NCBI RefSeq assembly: GCF_943913955.1
Contig: NZ_CALUAE010000021.1
Location: forward strand, 8,787 to 72,786
DNA: 64,000 nt
Direction: 5' to 3'
Source of the DNA: Mycolicibacterium bacteremicum
GTDB lineage: Bacteria > Actinomycetota > Actinomycetes > Mycobacteriales > Mycobacteriaceae
Positions within the stretch are counted from its first letter, which is position 1. Every line of letters begins with the position of its first letter. The position numbers and the translations under genes were made by a program. The notes below the pieces were generated by a model. The model made no database searches. It was not told where the DNA came from and worked only from the letters and a program-made list of their open reading frames with translations. Positions 1 through 10,368 of this stretch are shown here, in pieces.

Positions 1-2131
1 CGTGCCAGGGCTCGGCGGTCGCCTCGACCGACCCGTAGTTGCCGATACCCGAACCGTTGTAACTGGTGGCATCGGTGTTGAGCACCTCGCGCCAGGTGCC
101 GGCCTGCGGCAGCCCGAGCCGGTACTGGGCGTGCTCGGTACCGGAGAAGTTGAACACGCAGGCCAGCATCGAGCCGTCGTCACCGAAGCGCAGGAAGCTC
201 AACACGTTGTTCGCCGAGTCGTTGGCGTCGATCCACGAGTAGCCGTCGGGCACCGTGTCACGTGACCACAGCGCGCGCCGATCGCGGTACAGGCCGTTGA
301 TATCGGTCACCAGTTGCGAGATGCCGGTGGAGAAGCTGTTCTCGGACAGCTGATACCAGTCCACACCGCGCTCCTCGGACCACTCGGCGCGCTGGCCGAA
401 CTCCTGGCCCATGAACAGCAGCTGCTTTCCCGGGTGTGCCCACTGGTAGGCGAGCAGACCGCGCAGTCCGGCTGCCTTGGTGTGGTCGTTACCCGGCATC
501 CGGCCCCACAGCGTGCCCTTCCCGTGCACCACCTCGTCATGACTGATCGGCAGCACGTAGTTCTCGCTGAACGCATACAGCATCGAGAAGGTGATCTCGT
601 GGTGGTGATAGCTGCGGTGGATGGGATCGCGCTTGATGAACTCCAGCGTGTCGTTCATCCAGCCCATGTTCCACTTCATCGAGAAGCCAAGGCCGCCAAG
701 GTTTGTCGGCCGTGTGACACCGGGCCATGATGTCGATTCCTCGGCGATGGTGACGATCCCGGGGGAGATCTTGTGCACGGTGGCATTCATCTCCTGCAGG
801 AACTGCACGGCCTCCAGGTTCTCCCGGCCGCCGTAGATGTTGGGCGTCCAGCCGTCCGCCGGCCGTGAATAGTCCAGGTAGAGCATGGATGCCACGGCGT
901 CGACCCGCAGGCCGTCGACGTGGAACTCCTGCAGCCAGTACAGCGCGTTGGCCACCAGGAAGTTGCGCACCTCGGCGCGGCCGAAGTCGAAGACGTAGGT
1001 GCCCCAGTCGAGTTGCTCACCGCGACGCGGGTCGGAGTGCTCGTAGAGCGGGGTGCCGTCGAAGCGGCCCAGCGCCCAGGCGTCCTTGGGGAAGTGCGCG
1101 GGCACCCAGTCGACGATGACACCGATACCGGCCTGGTGCAGCGTGTCGATCAGGTGGCGCAGGTCATCGGGGGTGCCCAACCGCGGCATCGGCGCGTAGT
1201 ACGAGGTGACCTGATAGCCCCAGGAACCGCCGAACGGGTGGGCGGCCACCGGCAGCATCTCGACGTGGGTGAAGCCCTGCTCGACGACGTAGTCGACAAG
1301 TTCGGTGGCCAGCTCGCGATAGGACAGCCCGGGCCGCCACGACGGCAGGTGCACCTCGAGCGTGCTCATCGGCTCGAACACCGGGTTCTTCAGCGCCCGC
1401 TGGGCCATCCAGTCCTCGTCGGCCCAGGTGTAGTCGCTGACCGTGACCCGGGATGCCGTCTGCGGGGGCACCTCGGCGGCGAATGCCATCGGGTCGGCGC
1501 GGTCGACCACCGAGCCGTCGGCGCCGTGCACCCGGAACTTGTACAACCCATCGACGGGGAAGCCGGGCCAGAACACCTCCCAGACACCCGAGGAGCCCAG
1601 GCTGCGCAGCGGCGCCTCGTTGCCACCCCAGTGGTTGAAATCGCCGATCAGTGTGACGCCCTTGGCATTCGGCGCCCAGACCGCGAACGAGACACCCTCG
1701 ACCGGACCGTCGGGGGTGCCGTAGGTGCGCGGATGCGCGCCGAGTACCTCCCACAACCGTTCGTGCCGGCCCTCGGCGAACAGGTGCAGGTCGATCTCGC
1801 CCAGTGTGGGCAGGAACCGGTACGGGTCGGCCACGGTCACCGGATCGGAGTTCGGATACTGCACCTCGAGCCGATAGTCGGCCAGCGCGGTGAACGGCAC
1901 GGCGACGGCGAACAGACCGCCCTCGACATGCTCGAACGGATGGCGTTGGCCGCCGATCAGAGCGGTCACCGATTCGGCGTTCGGCCGGTACGCACGAATG
2001 ACGGTGTGATCGTCGTATTCGTGCGCACCGAGGATCGAGTGCGGGTCGTGGTGCTCGCCGGCGAGCAGCCGGCCGAGGTCGGCATCCGAAGGCCGCAGAT
2101 GGCCACTGGTCACGGAATTGGTTCGGGTCAC
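1..2131 (-). CDS. glgB: 1,4-alpha-glucan branching enzyme GlgB (3' end runs off the window start)
   Basis: The minus-strand frame is open from GTG at 2131-2129 to the window edge, so it is absent from the ORF track (no stop in window). Hand translation gives [17 protein letters not shown] at the N-terminus and ...[12 protein letters not shown] (continuing SWIDANDS) around 240-300, matching GlgB. It lies 7 bp downstream of glgE, as in Rv1326c/Rv1327c. Confidence 0.85.
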   Translation of the reverse strand, partial: MTRTNSVTSGHLRPSDADLGRLLAGEHHDPHSILGAHEYDDHTVIRAYRPNAESVTALIGGQRHPFEHVEGGLFAVAVPFTALADYRLEVQYPNSDPVTVADPYRFLPTLGEIDLHLFAEGRHERLWEVLGAHPRTYGTPDGPVEGVSFAVWAPNAKGVTLIGDFNHWGGNEAPLRSLGSSGVWEVFWPGFPVDGLYKFRVHGADGSVVDRADPMAFAAEVPPQTASRVTVSDYTWADEDWMAQRALKNPVFEPMSTLEVHLPSWRPGLSYRELATELVDYVVEQGFTHVEMLPVAAHPFGGSWGYQVTSYYAPMPRLGTPDDLRHLIDTLHQAGIGVIVDWVPAHFPKDAWALGRFDGTPLYEHSDPRRGEQLDWGTYVFDFGRAEVRNFLVANALYWLQEFHVDGLRVDAVASMLYLDYSRPADGWTPNIYGGRENLEAVQFLQEMNATVHKISPGIVTIAEESTSWPGVTRPTNLGGLGFSMKWNMGWMNDTLEFIKRDPIHRSYHHHEITFSMLYAFSENYVLPISHDEVVHGKGTLWGRMPGNDHTKAAGLRGLLAYQWAHPGKQLLFMGQEFGQRAEWSEERGVDWYQLSENSFSTGISQLVTDINGLYRDRRALWSRDTVPDGYSWIDANDSANNVLSFLRFGDDGSMLACVFNFSGTEHAQYRLGLPQAGTWREVLNTDATSYNGSGIGNYGSVEATAEPWH

Positions 2132-2138
2132 GGTTTCC

Positions 2139-4223
2139 TCACTCCCTACGCAACAGGTTGAGTCGGGCGTCCTGCGGTATCAGCGGCATGTTCAGCACGT
2201 GCGCGACCGCTCGGCTGGGTTCCAACCGGACGTAGTTGCTCTGGCCCCAGTGATACTCCTCGCCGGTGATCTCGTCACGGACCCAGAACTGGTCGTAGGG
2301 CTCCATACCCAGTGCGCCCATGTCTAACCACACGGTGCCGTCCTCCGGGCCGAACGGGTTCAGCGTCACCACCACGAGCACGCAGTCACCGGTGAGCGGA
2401 TCGAACTTGCTGTAGGCCAGTAGCGCGTCGTTGTCCACGTGATGGAAATGAATGGTGCGCAGCTGCTCCAGCGCGGGGTGCAGGCGACGGATCTCGTTGA
2501 GCCGGCTCAGGAATGGCTCCAACGAATTGCCCGCGGCGAGGGCGGCCTCGAAGTCGCGGGGGCGCAGCTCGTATTTCTCCGAGTCCAGATACTCCTCGCT
2601 GCCCTCGCGGACCGCCTGATGTTCGTAGAGTTCATAACCCGAATACACGCCCCACACCGAGCTGAACGTCGAGGCCAGCACGGCGCGGATGGCGAACATG
2701 CCCGGTCCGCCATGCTGCAGACTCTCGTGCAGGATGTCCGGGGTGTTGACGAAGAGATTCGGGCGCGCCACATCGGCGTACTCGGCGATCTGCTGGCCGT
2801 ACTCGGTCAGCTCCCACTTGGCGGTCCGCCAGGTGAAGTACGAATAGGACTGGGTGAAGCCCAGTTTGGCCAGGCCGAACAGTCGCGCCGGACGGGTGAA
2901 GGCCTCGGCCAGGAACAGGACGTCGGGGTCGTCGTTCTTGACCTTGCCGATCAGCCAGGCCCAGAAGTTCGGCGGCTTGGTGTGCGGATTGTCGACCCGG
3001 AAGATCTTGACCCCGTGCGACACCCAGTAGCGGACCACCCGCAGGACCTCGGCGTACAGACCGGCGGGGTCGTTGTCGAAGTTGAGCGGATAGATGTCCT
3101 GGTACTTCTTCGGCGGGTTTTCGGCGTAGGCGATGGTCCCGTCGGGCAACACGGTGAACCATTCCGGATGGGACTGGGCCCAGGGGTGGTCGGGTGCGCA
3201 CTGCAGCGCGAGGTCCAGCGCCACCTCCAGGCCCTGATCCCTTGCGGCGCCGACGAAGTCGTCGAAGTCGGCGATGGTACCCAGGTCCGGGTGGACGGCG
3301 TCGTGACCGCCCTCGCTGCTGCCGATCGCCCACGGCGATCCGACATCGCCGTCCAGCGCGGTGACGGTGTTGTTACGACCCTTGCGGTGCACCGTGCCGA
3401 TCGGGTGGATCGGCGGCAGATAGACGACGTCGAAACCCATCCGCGCGACCCGGGGCAGCTCCTTGGCCGCGGTGGCGAAGGTGCCGTGTACCGGCCTGCC
3501 CTCATTGTCCCAGCCGCCGGTGGACCGCGGGAACAGCTCGTACCAGGAGCCGAACCGGGCCAGCGGACGGTCGACCCAGATGCCGTACTGCTGGCCGCGG
3601 GTGAGCAGCTCGCGCAGCGGGAAGCGGTGCAGCAGGTCGGCGATGCCGGGGGACAGGGCCGCACCGGCGCGGACGAACGGGTCACCGGGCTGACGCAGCG
3701 CGCCGGCGGCATCGAGCAGCGGTTGGCGGTGCTCGCGCGGCATCCCGGCGGCGGCACGTTCGAGCAGCTGGGCCCCGACGATCAGGTCGTTGGACAGTTC
3801 CGACTCGCCCTGACCGGCGTCGAGCTTGGCGATGACACCCTTGCGCCAGGTCGCGATCGGGTCACCCCAGCCGTCCACCCGGTAGGTCCACATACCGACC
3901 TGATCGGGGGTGAACTGACCGTGCAGGACATCGGGGGTGCGCCCCGGTGTCATCGGCAGCAGCAGTGGCTTGATCCGCGGCGGCGTCACCGGCGCGGGTG
4001 CTTCGGGCGGGATGCCGGGCGGGTCGTCGACCAGTCGTGGATAGGCCGTCCCGTGATAGCGGACCACCAGGGTGGCGGCCACCGCGTCGTGGCCCTCCCG
4101 CCACACCGCGGCCTTGATCGGCACCACCTCGCCGACCACCGCTTTGGCCGGGAACCGGCCATTGGACAACACGGGCGCGACGTCGTCGATCTCGATTCGA
4201 CCGGCCACCCACCAACTCCTCAC
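2139..4223 (-). CDS. glgE: alpha-1,4-glucan:maltose-1-phosphate maltosyltransferase GlgE
   Basis: 694-aa ORF. Contains [54 protein letters not shown] and [18 protein letters not shown], which are GH13_3 GlgE hallmarks. Conserved position upstream of glgB. Confidence 0.9.
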   Translation of the reverse strand: MRSWWVAGRIEIDDVAPVLSNGRFPAKAVVGEVVPIKAAVWREGHDAVAATLVVRYHGTAYPRLVDDPPGIPPEAPAPVTPPRIKPLLLPMTPGRTPDVLHGQFTPDQVGMWTYRVDGWGDPIATWRKGVIAKLDAGQGESELSNDLIVGAQLLERAAAGMPREHRQPLLDAAGALRQPGDPFVRAGAALSPGIADLLHRFPLRELLTRGQQYGIWVDRPLARFGSWYELFPRSTGGWDNEGRPVHGTFATAAKELPRVARMGFDVVYLPPIHPIGTVHRKGRNNTVTALDGDVGSPWAIGSSEGGHDAVHPDLGTIADFDDFVGAARDQGLEVALDLALQCAPDHPWAQSHPEWFTVLPDGTIAYAENPPKKYQDIYPLNFDNDPAGLYAEVLRVVRYWVSHGVKIFRVDNPHTKPPNFWAWLIGKVKNDDPDVLFLAEAFTRPARLFGLAKLGFTQSYSYFTWRTAKWELTEYGQQIAEYADVARPNLFVNTPDILHESLQHGGPGMFAIRAVLASTFSSVWGVYSGYELYEHQAVREGSEEYLDSEKYELRPRDFEAALAAGNSLEPFLSRLNEIRRLHPALEQLRTIHFHHVDNDALLAYSKFDPLTGDCVLVVVTLNPFGPEDGTVWLDMGALGMEPYDQFWVRDEITGEEYHWGQSNYVRLEPSRAVAHVLNMPLIPQDARLNLLRRE

Positions 4224-4426
4224 TGGTGCGGCCGCCCATTTCGGTGACCGCGATCCGTCTTGTTCCGCTTCATGACTCGACGCGCTCGATACCGACTCTG
4301 AGTACCCAACCTAGTGTGGAGAACACATCGCCGTGCGCGATGGAGTCACTCCGGGTGATCGGTGCAACATCTCATTGACCACAACCTGCCCCGCCACCCG
4401 CTCGGTTGTCGGTAGGGTGAACTGGC

Positions 4427-7021
4427 GTGAAAGCCCTGAGACGATTCACCGTCCGAGCCCACCTTCCGGAACGGCTTTCAGCACTGGAGCGGCTGTCGGT
4501 CAACCTGAGATGGTCGTGGCACACGCCGACCCAGAAGCTGTTCGCCGAGATCGACCCGCGGCTGTGGCAGCAGGTCCGCGCCGACCCGGTGGCCCTGCTG
4601 GGCGCGGTGAACCCGCAGCGCCTCGACGAGCTCGCCGCCGACGACGAGTTCACCCGGCAGGTCGACGCGTGTGCCGATGATCTGGACAACTACCTGAGCC
4701 GGCCGATGTGGTACCAGCAGCAGCTCGACGCCGGCCGGCAGTTCCCCAACGGCATCGCCTACTTCTCCATGGAGTTCGGCGTGGCCGAGGTGCTGCCCAA
4801 CTATTCCGGCGGTCTGGGCATCCTGGCCGGTGACCACCTGAAGTCCGCGTCGGATCTGGGCCTGCCGTTGATCGCGGTCGGTCTGTACTACCGGTCCGGG
4901 TACTTCCGGCAGTCGCTGACCGCCGACGGCTGGCAGCACGAGAACTACCCGTCGCTGGACCCGCAGGGCCTGCCGCTGCGGCTGCTCACCGACCACAGCG
5001 GGCAGCCGGTGCTGATCGATCTGGCGATGCCCGACGGGGCCCGGTTGTACGCCCAGGTGCTCGTCGCCCAGGTCGGCCGGGTTCCGCTACTGCTGCTCGA
5101 CTCCGATATCGGGGAGAACGAGCATGATCTGCGCGGGGTCACCGACCGGCTCTACGGTGGTGACCAGGAACACCGGATCAAGCAGGAGCTGCTGGCCGGT
5201 ATCGGCGGGGTCCGGGCCATCCGGGCCTTCACCGAGGTCGAGGGCCTGCCCGCACCCGAGGTGTTCCACATGAACGAGGGGCACGCCGGATTCCTGGGTG
5301 TGGAGCGCATCCGCGAGCTCATCGAGGCCGGGCTGGATTTCGACACCGCGCTGACCGTGGTCCGCTCGTCGACGGTGTTCACCACCCACACCCCGGTCCC
5401 GGCCGGGATCGACCGGTTCCCGGTGGAGATGGTGCGGCGCTACTTCGGCGGCACCGATCTGGCCTCCCGGCTGCTGCCCGGGGTTCCGCTGGAACGGGTG
5501 ATCGCCTTCGGGGCCGAAGAGGACGCGTCGAAGTTCAACATGGCGCACATGGGGTTGCGGCTCGCCCAGCGCGCCAACGGTGTCTCGCTGCTGCACGGTG
5601 AGGTCAGCCGGGAAATGTTCAACGGACTGTGGCAGGGCTTCGATCCGGCCGAGGTCCCGATCGGGTCGATCACCAACGGTGTGCATGCGCCCACTTGGGC
5701 GGCGCCGCAGTGGGTCGACCTGGCCCACGAGCTGATCGGGGACGACCTCGGTTCGCTCAGCGAGGCCGAGACGTGGCAGCGCCTGCAGCAGGTCGACCCG
5801 GGCCATCTGTGGTGGATCCGCTCCCAGCTGCGCTCGCTGCTGGTCGAGGATGTGCGCGCCCGGCTGCGTCGGTCATGGCTGGAACGCGGTGCGTCCGAGG
5901 CCGAACTCGGTTGGATTGCAACGGCGTTCGACCCCGAGGTGCTGACGGTGGGGTTCGCCCGGCGGGTGCCGACATACAAGCGGCTGACCCTCATGCTGCG
6001 TGACCCGCAGCGCCTGGAGCGGTTGCTCCTGGATCCCGACCGCCCGGTCCAGCTGATCGTCGCGGGTAAGTCGCATCCGGCCGATGACGGCGGCAAATCG
6101 CTGATCCAGCAGATCGTGCGGTTCGCCGACCGGCACGAGGTACGGCACCGGATCGCCTTCCTCCCCGACTACGACATGTCGATGGCCCGGTTGCTGTACT
6201 GGGGTTGCGATGTGTGGCTGAACAACCCGTTGCGCCCGCTGGAGGCCTGCGGTACGTCGGGTATGAAGAGCGCGCTCAACGGCGGGCTCAACCTGTCCAT
6301 CCGGGACGGATGGTGGGACGAGTGGTACGACGGCGAGAACGGGTGGGAGATCCCGACCGCCGACGGGCTGGCCGATGAGACCCGCCGCGATGACATCGAG
6401 GCCGGTGCCCTCTACGACCTGCTGGAGACCTCGGTGACGCCGCGGTTCTACGACCGCGACGAGCGCGGGGTGCCGGTGCGGTGGGTGGAGATGGTGCGCC
6501 ACACCCTGCAGGCGCTCGGCCCGAAGGTGCTGGCCTCCCGGATGGTGCGCGACTACACCGAGAAGTACTACGCGCCGGCGGCCATCTCGCTGCGCGCCAC
6601 GCTCGAACCCGACAACGACGATGTCCCGTTCGGGGCGGCGCGGCAACTGGCCGCCTACCGCAGGCGCGTCGAGCAGCAGTGGCCGCTGATCGAGATCACC
6701 GATGTCGACAGCTACGGGTTGCCGGACACCCCGCTGCTGGGCAGCGAACTCACCCTGACCGCCACCGTGGATCTGGCCGGACTGGCACCCGAAGAGGTTG
6801 TGGTGCAAGCGGTTCTGGGCCGTGTCGATGGTGGCGACAATCTGCGCGACCCGGTGACGGTGCCGATGGACCATACCGGTGGCGCCGACGGTGGGCGGCA
6901 GGTGTTCTCCACCACCACACCGCTGCCGGTGGCCGGCCCGGTCGGCTACACGGTGCGGGTGCTGCCGCACCATCGGTTGCTGGCCGGGGCGAACGAACTC
7001 GGGCTCGTCACGCTGGCATGA
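4427..7021 (+). CDS. glgP: alpha-glucan (glycogen) phosphorylase GlgP
   Basis: 864-aa ORF with the N-terminal RLSVNLRWSWH..LF motif of Rv1328-type GT35 glucan phosphorylases. Divergent from glgE, as in M. tuberculosis. Confidence 0.88.
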   Translation: MKALRRFTVRAHLPERLSALERLSVNLRWSWHTPTQKLFAEIDPRLWQQVRADPVALLGAVNPQRLDELAADDEFTRQVDACADDLDNYLSRPMWYQQQLDAGRQFPNGIAYFSMEFGVAEVLPNYSGGLGILAGDHLKSASDLGLPLIAVGLYYRSGYFRQSLTADGWQHENYPSLDPQGLPLRLLTDHSGQPVLIDLAMPDGARLYAQVLVAQVGRVPLLLLDSDIGENEHDLRGVTDRLYGGDQEHRIKQELLAGIGGVRAIRAFTEVEGLPAPEVFHMNEGHAGFLGVERIRELIEAGLDFDTALTVVRSSTVFTTHTPVPAGIDRFPVEMVRRYFGGTDLASRLLPGVPLERVIAFGAEEDASKFNMAHMGLRLAQRANGVSLLHGEVSREMFNGLWQGFDPAEVPIGSITNGVHAPTWAAPQWVDLAHELIGDDLGSLSEAETWQRLQQVDPGHLWWIRSQLRSLLVEDVRARLRRSWLERGASEAELGWIATAFDPEVLTVGFARRVPTYKRLTLMLRDPQRLERLLLDPDRPVQLIVAGKSHPADDGGKSLIQQIVRFADRHEVRHRIAFLPDYDMSMARLLYWGCDVWLNNPLRPLEACGTSGMKSALNGGLNLSIRDGWWDEWYDGENGWEIPTADGLADETRRDDIEAGALYDLLETSVTPRFYDRDERGVPVRWVEMVRHTLQALGPKVLASRMVRDYTEKYYAPAAISLRATLEPDNDDVPFGAARQLAAYRRRVEQQWPLIEITDVDSYGLPDTPLLGSELTLTATVDLAGLAPEEVVVQAVLGRVDGGDNLRDPVTVPMDHTGGADGGRQVFSTTTPLPVAGPVGYTVRVLPHHRLLAGANELGLVTLA

Positions 7022-7025
7022 TCAA

Positions 7026-7039
7026 CCCGGTTTTCCGGG
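7026..7039 (+). terminator. small hairpin CCCGG-TTTT-CCGGG immediately after the glgP stop codon
   Basis: Perfect 5-bp stem with a 4-nt loop 5 nt after TGA (7019-7021). No U-tract follows, so it is at best a weak terminator. Confidence 0.3.
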
Positions 7040-7040
7040 C

Positions 7041-7102
7041 GGCGAAACCCGCGTACCCGGGGTCGGGATTCGAGGTTTCACCCCCGGTACGCGAGTTTCG
7101 CC
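7041..7102. repeat. REP-like palindromic element, copy 1 (GGCGAAACCCGCGTACCCGGGGTC ... CCCCCGGTACGCGAGTTTCGCC)
   Basis: ~22-nt arms form a near-perfect inverted repeat around an ~18-nt loop. A second copy with the same arms lies at 20438-20499. Both are intergenic and produce the ...GETRVPGV.../...TRVSP... peptide signature in spurious ORFs of the track. Confidence 0.75.
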
Positions 7103-7124
7103 GAGCGTGGGGAGTGGGTGGCAG

Positions 7125-7988
7125 ATGAGCAGGATCACCGAGGTCGCGGTTCCCGGCGGTCCGTACGCGCTGGCGGCCGGCCCGGACCGGGCGATGTGGG
7201 TGACCTGCGTGCACAGCGGGCAGGTCGCCCGCGTCACCGATGCCGGTGAGCTCACGGTGTTCGACGTGGCGCCGGACAGCAGGCCGGAGATCATCGTCGC
7301 CGGACCCGACGGTGCACTGTGGTTCACCCGGAATGGTGACGACCGGCTCGGCCGCATCACCACGTCCGGCGTGCAGAGCGAGATCGAACTCGGTTCCGGC
7401 AGCGCACCTTTCGGGCTGTGCACGGGCCCGGACCGGGCGCTGTGGTTCACCACCATGACCTCGGGCATGGTCGGCAGGCTCGATCCGGCCGACGGGCGGA
7501 TCGAGCTGCACCCGGTCGGGGGTATGCCCGCGATGATCACCGCCGGTCCCGACGGTGCGCTCTGGTTCGCGATGAACCAGCGCAGCGCCATCGGACGGCT
7601 GGATCTGTCGGGAGAGCTGACCGTGCGCGAACTGCCCACCCGTGCCGCCGGCCCGGTCGGCATCACCGCCACCCACGACGACGCGGTCTGGTTCACCGAG
7701 ATCCTGGCCGACAAGCTCGGCCGGATCCCGACCGACGAGGCCATCCAGGAACTCGACCTACCCGGTAAGCCGCACGCCGTGGTGGCCGATCCGACCGGTG
7801 GGGTCTGGGTCAGCCTGTGGGGCGCGGACCAGATCGCGCGGGTGGACGCCGACGGCGACGTCGACACCATCGACCTGCCCGCCGGCAGTGAACCGCACGG
7901 GCTCGCGATCGCCGCGGACGGAGCGTTGTGGGTGGCGCTGGAGAGTGGACTGGAGCACGGCAGCGTGCTGCGCATCCCGCTGGGCTGA
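7125..7988 (+). CDS. virginiamycin B lyase (Vgb)-like beta-propeller protein
   Basis: ATG at 7125 is preceded by GGGGAG. Reiterated GPDGALWFT / GPDRALWFT / GPDGALWFA blades match the Vgb/streptogramin-lyase seven-bladed propeller. The ORF track merges it into 6879..7988 because there is no upstream stop. Confidence 0.7.
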   Translation: MSRITEVAVPGGPYALAAGPDRAMWVTCVHSGQVARVTDAGELTVFDVAPDSRPEIIVAGPDGALWFTRNGDDRLGRITTSGVQSEIELGSGSAPFGLCTGPDRALWFTTMTSGMVGRLDPADGRIELHPVGGMPAMITAGPDGALWFAMNQRSAIGRLDLSGELTVRELPTRAAGPVGITATHDDAVWFTEILADKLGRIPTDEAIQELDLPGKPHAVVADPTGGVWVSLWGADQIARVDADGDVDTIDLPAGSEPHGLAIAADGALWVALESGLEHGSVLRIPLG

Positions 7989-8058
7989 CCCGCGGGTCGG
8001 CACGGGCCGTGTCTTTGTCGTGGCCAGACGGTTATATAGGCGATGTAAGTTCCTCGAG

Positions 8059-8862
8059 GTGCCCAGAGATGGACGGCCCTTCGCCCTGCTCGCGGTGGTG
8101 ATGACCGCAGCGATCGCGTGCGCGCCCGGTGCGCCGGCGGACCCGGGCATCGACCCCGCCGAACCGGACGTCGACCCGGTGTTCGCGCCGGCCATCGACC
8201 CGGCCCTGGAGCCCCCGCTGACCCCTGTCGTCCAGCCCGCGGCGGTGGCGCTGCCGCCACCACCGGGTCCGCAACCGCACGGACTGGTGTTCTCGCCGCC
8301 GCCGGTGACCACCCGGACGCCGGACGGGTGGACGCTGACCCTGTCGGCGGCCGACGAGACCCAGCTGGTCAGAGCGCCGCTGACGACCGCGATATCGTCG
8401 CGCAACTACGTCGTCGGCGGCACGTTCCGGGGCAATATCACCGGACCGGCGGACGGGCCGGCGCCGGAGGGCGTCATGGAGGTCGGCTACCAGATCGGCT
8501 GCGGTATCGACATGAGCACCTCGAACGGTGTGACGCTGACCGGCACGGCGGGAATGTCCCCGTCGGTCGGGTTGGCCGGCGTCGATGTCGCCGATCCCGC
8601 ACTCGACGGTCTGGTGCCGGTGCTGACGACGCCCGTCACCGGTGGTGTGGCGGTCGGCCTCAAGCCGGGCATCATCAACATCGTGCCGGTGACCGAGAAG
8701 GAGTTCAGAGGCGCCGACCCATGGGTGTTGGTCAGCAACTTCCAGGTCAAGATCGACGGGTGCGTCGGACAGTCCTTCATCCGCTCGTACGCCTTCCTGA
8801 CCCGGTCCACCGACGAGTCCGACGCCGTGCTGGCCTACTACGGCGAGACGAAGGTGGTCTGA
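8059..8862 (+). CDS. MspA-family porin-like protein with proline-rich N-terminal extension
   Basis: The C-terminal ~180 aa resemble M. smegmatis MspA (LELGYQIG ~ MEVGYQIG, VSNAHGTVTGAAGG ~ TSNGVTLTGTAGM, C-terminal YGE). It has a signal-like N-terminus (RPFALLAVVMTAAIACAPGAPA) followed by a Pro/Ala-rich segment. The GTG start at 8059 is in frame with the track ORF 7642..8862, but the start is uncertain. Confidence 0.6.
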   Translation: MPRDGRPFALLAVVMTAAIACAPGAPADPGIDPAEPDVDPVFAPAIDPALEPPLTPVVQPAAVALPPPPGPQPHGLVFSPPPVTTRTPDGWTLTLSAADETQLVRAPLTTAISSRNYVVGGTFRGNITGPADGPAPEGVMEVGYQIGCGIDMSTSNGVTLTGTAGMSPSVGLAGVDVADPALDGLVPVLTTPVTGGVAVGLKPGIINIVPVTEKEFRGADPWVLVSNFQVKIDGCVGQSFIRSYAFLTRSTDESDAVLAYYGETKVV

Positions 8863-8875
8863 GGCCCGTCGGTGA

Positions 8876-10309
8876 TCAGGGGAACCGCTTGAAGCAGCGG
8901 TCGGACTCCCCGAGCACACCGACCCGGAAGGCGTCGATGCGGGAGAATCCCGACGGCACCGATTCGCCGTTGACATCGCTGGCGACCAGACCGTTGAGCA
9001 GGATCCCGGACACCGCCTCGTCCACATCCCCGGCGGTGAGCGCAATGGTGTTGCCGTCGGGGGTGTTCACCTCGTCGACGAGCTTGGCGGTGGCGACCCC
9101 GGTCAGGCAGGCGGTGCGCAGCGCCGCCTGCGCGGTGTCCAATTCCACGCCGCCGTGCTGTTGCTGGATCGACTGCATGTACCGCGACACCAGCACCGAA
9201 TACGCGGTGTTGTCCCCGGTGGCCAGGCCGGCGTCCTCGTCATCGGACTGGGCGCCCAACAGTTCCAGCGCAGGCAGATCCACCGCGATGGTGTTGGTGG
9301 CCGGGCAGAAGGCGGCCGGGGCGTCGGAGTCGGCGTCCGGGCAGTCCGGCTGATCGAAGGTGAGCGCGGGCGGGTCGGCCGGTTCGAACAGGATGTTCAT
9401 CGCGTCGACGACCGACCGCACCGAATCCTCGGTGATCTGCAGTTCGCCCGACTGATCCTCGGGCAACAACACCGGCAGATCACCGCGGCGCTGTTTGATC
9501 TCGGCGGGGTCGATCGCCGCGCAGGACGCCGCCCCGTCGGTGAACCCGAACTGGAACGCCGACACCCGCTCGAACGCCGAACCGTGCTCGTCCTCACCGG
9601 CTTCGGAGTCGTCGACGCTCAGCAGCGGGTCGCGGAACGCGATCATCGCACCCATCAGATTGTTCAACCCGTCACCGGTGGACAGCGTGAAACGCGGTGA
9701 GCTGCCCTCGGCGACCCAGCGCATGTACACCCCGGCCAGGCAGTCGGCCTGCTGTTCGGCCACCAGTGTCGGGGTGGACCGCGACACCAGCCCGGCCTGC
9801 TCCTGGATGGCATGCCCGTACTCATGTGCCATCACCATCGAGACGGCCATGTCGCCGTTGGCGCGCAACAGCGAGGGCAGCAACACGCCGCGGTCCCAGC
9901 CGATGGTCCTGTCATCGTGACAGAACGCGGCGTTGACCAGATTGTAGGTGTCACTCTCGCAGAAGACGCCGTCGAAACCGTCTGCGTCCCAAGAGATCAA
10001 CTCCGAGACCGGTTCGAACTCGCCGTCGAAGCTCGCCCCGTAGGACTGTTCCCAGAACTCCTCGATATCGCTGATCGCGCTGGCGGCGAGGTGGTCGATC
10101 TCGCCGCCGTCGGTGCCGGTGACATCACGGGTGGGTTCGGCTGCGTCGTCGCGCAGCCCGGTGGGCCCGTCGGTGGCGGGCATGCCGGCCACCCGGAACG
10201 GATCGGCGAACACCGACACCGCGCTGCCCTGGACCGGCTGCGCGCAGCCGCTGAGGAGCAGTGCCGCACAACCGGCCAGCACCGCACCCGGGATGAGCCG
10301 TCGCCCCAT
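8876..10309 (-). CDS. lipoprotein zinc metallopeptidase (HExxH), LpqM-like
   Basis: 477 aa with an N-terminal signal plus lipobox LLLSGC and the HEYGHAIQ zinc-binding motif. It is a paralog of the ORF at 30530..31978 (~50% identity by eye). Size and architecture match the mycobacterial LpqM lipoprotein peptidase family. Confidence 0.6.
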   Translation of the reverse strand: MGRRLIPGAVLAGCAALLLSGCAQPVQGSAVSVFADPFRVAGMPATDGPTGLRDDAAEPTRDVTGTDGGEIDHLAASAISDIEEFWEQSYGASFDGEFEPVSELISWDADGFDGVFCESDTYNLVNAAFCHDDRTIGWDRGVLLPSLLRANGDMAVSMVMAHEYGHAIQEQAGLVSRSTPTLVAEQQADCLAGVYMRWVAEGSSPRFTLSTGDGLNNLMGAMIAFRDPLLSVDDSEAGEDEHGSAFERVSAFQFGFTDGAASCAAIDPAEIKQRRGDLPVLLPEDQSGELQITEDSVRSVVDAMNILFEPADPPALTFDQPDCPDADSDAPAAFCPATNTIAVDLPALELLGAQSDDEDAGLATGDNTAYSVLVSRYMQSIQQQHGGVELDTAQAALRTACLTGVATAKLVDEVNTPDGNTIALTAGDVDEAVSGILLNGLVASDVNGESVPSGFSRIDAFRVGVLGESDRCFKRFP

Positions 10310-10368
10310 CTGCCCCGCCTTCCGGTGCGCCCGGGCGGGCCGCCACCTCGCTAGCAGAATAGTGAAAT

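Noticed and set aside
920-4247. Long plus-strand ORFs (920..2161, 413 aa; 2439..4247, 602 aa) opposite glgB/glgE
   Set aside because: Antisense to the conserved glgB and glgE genes. No recognisable domains. GC-driven open frames.
7022-8263. 413-aa minus-strand ORF covering the Vgb-like gene region
   Set aside because: Antisense to a well-supported propeller-protein gene. Translation is low-complexity Pro/Ala/Arg/Ser-rich, typical of out-of-frame reading of high-GC DNA. It contains the REP-like palindrome translated as GETRVPGV.
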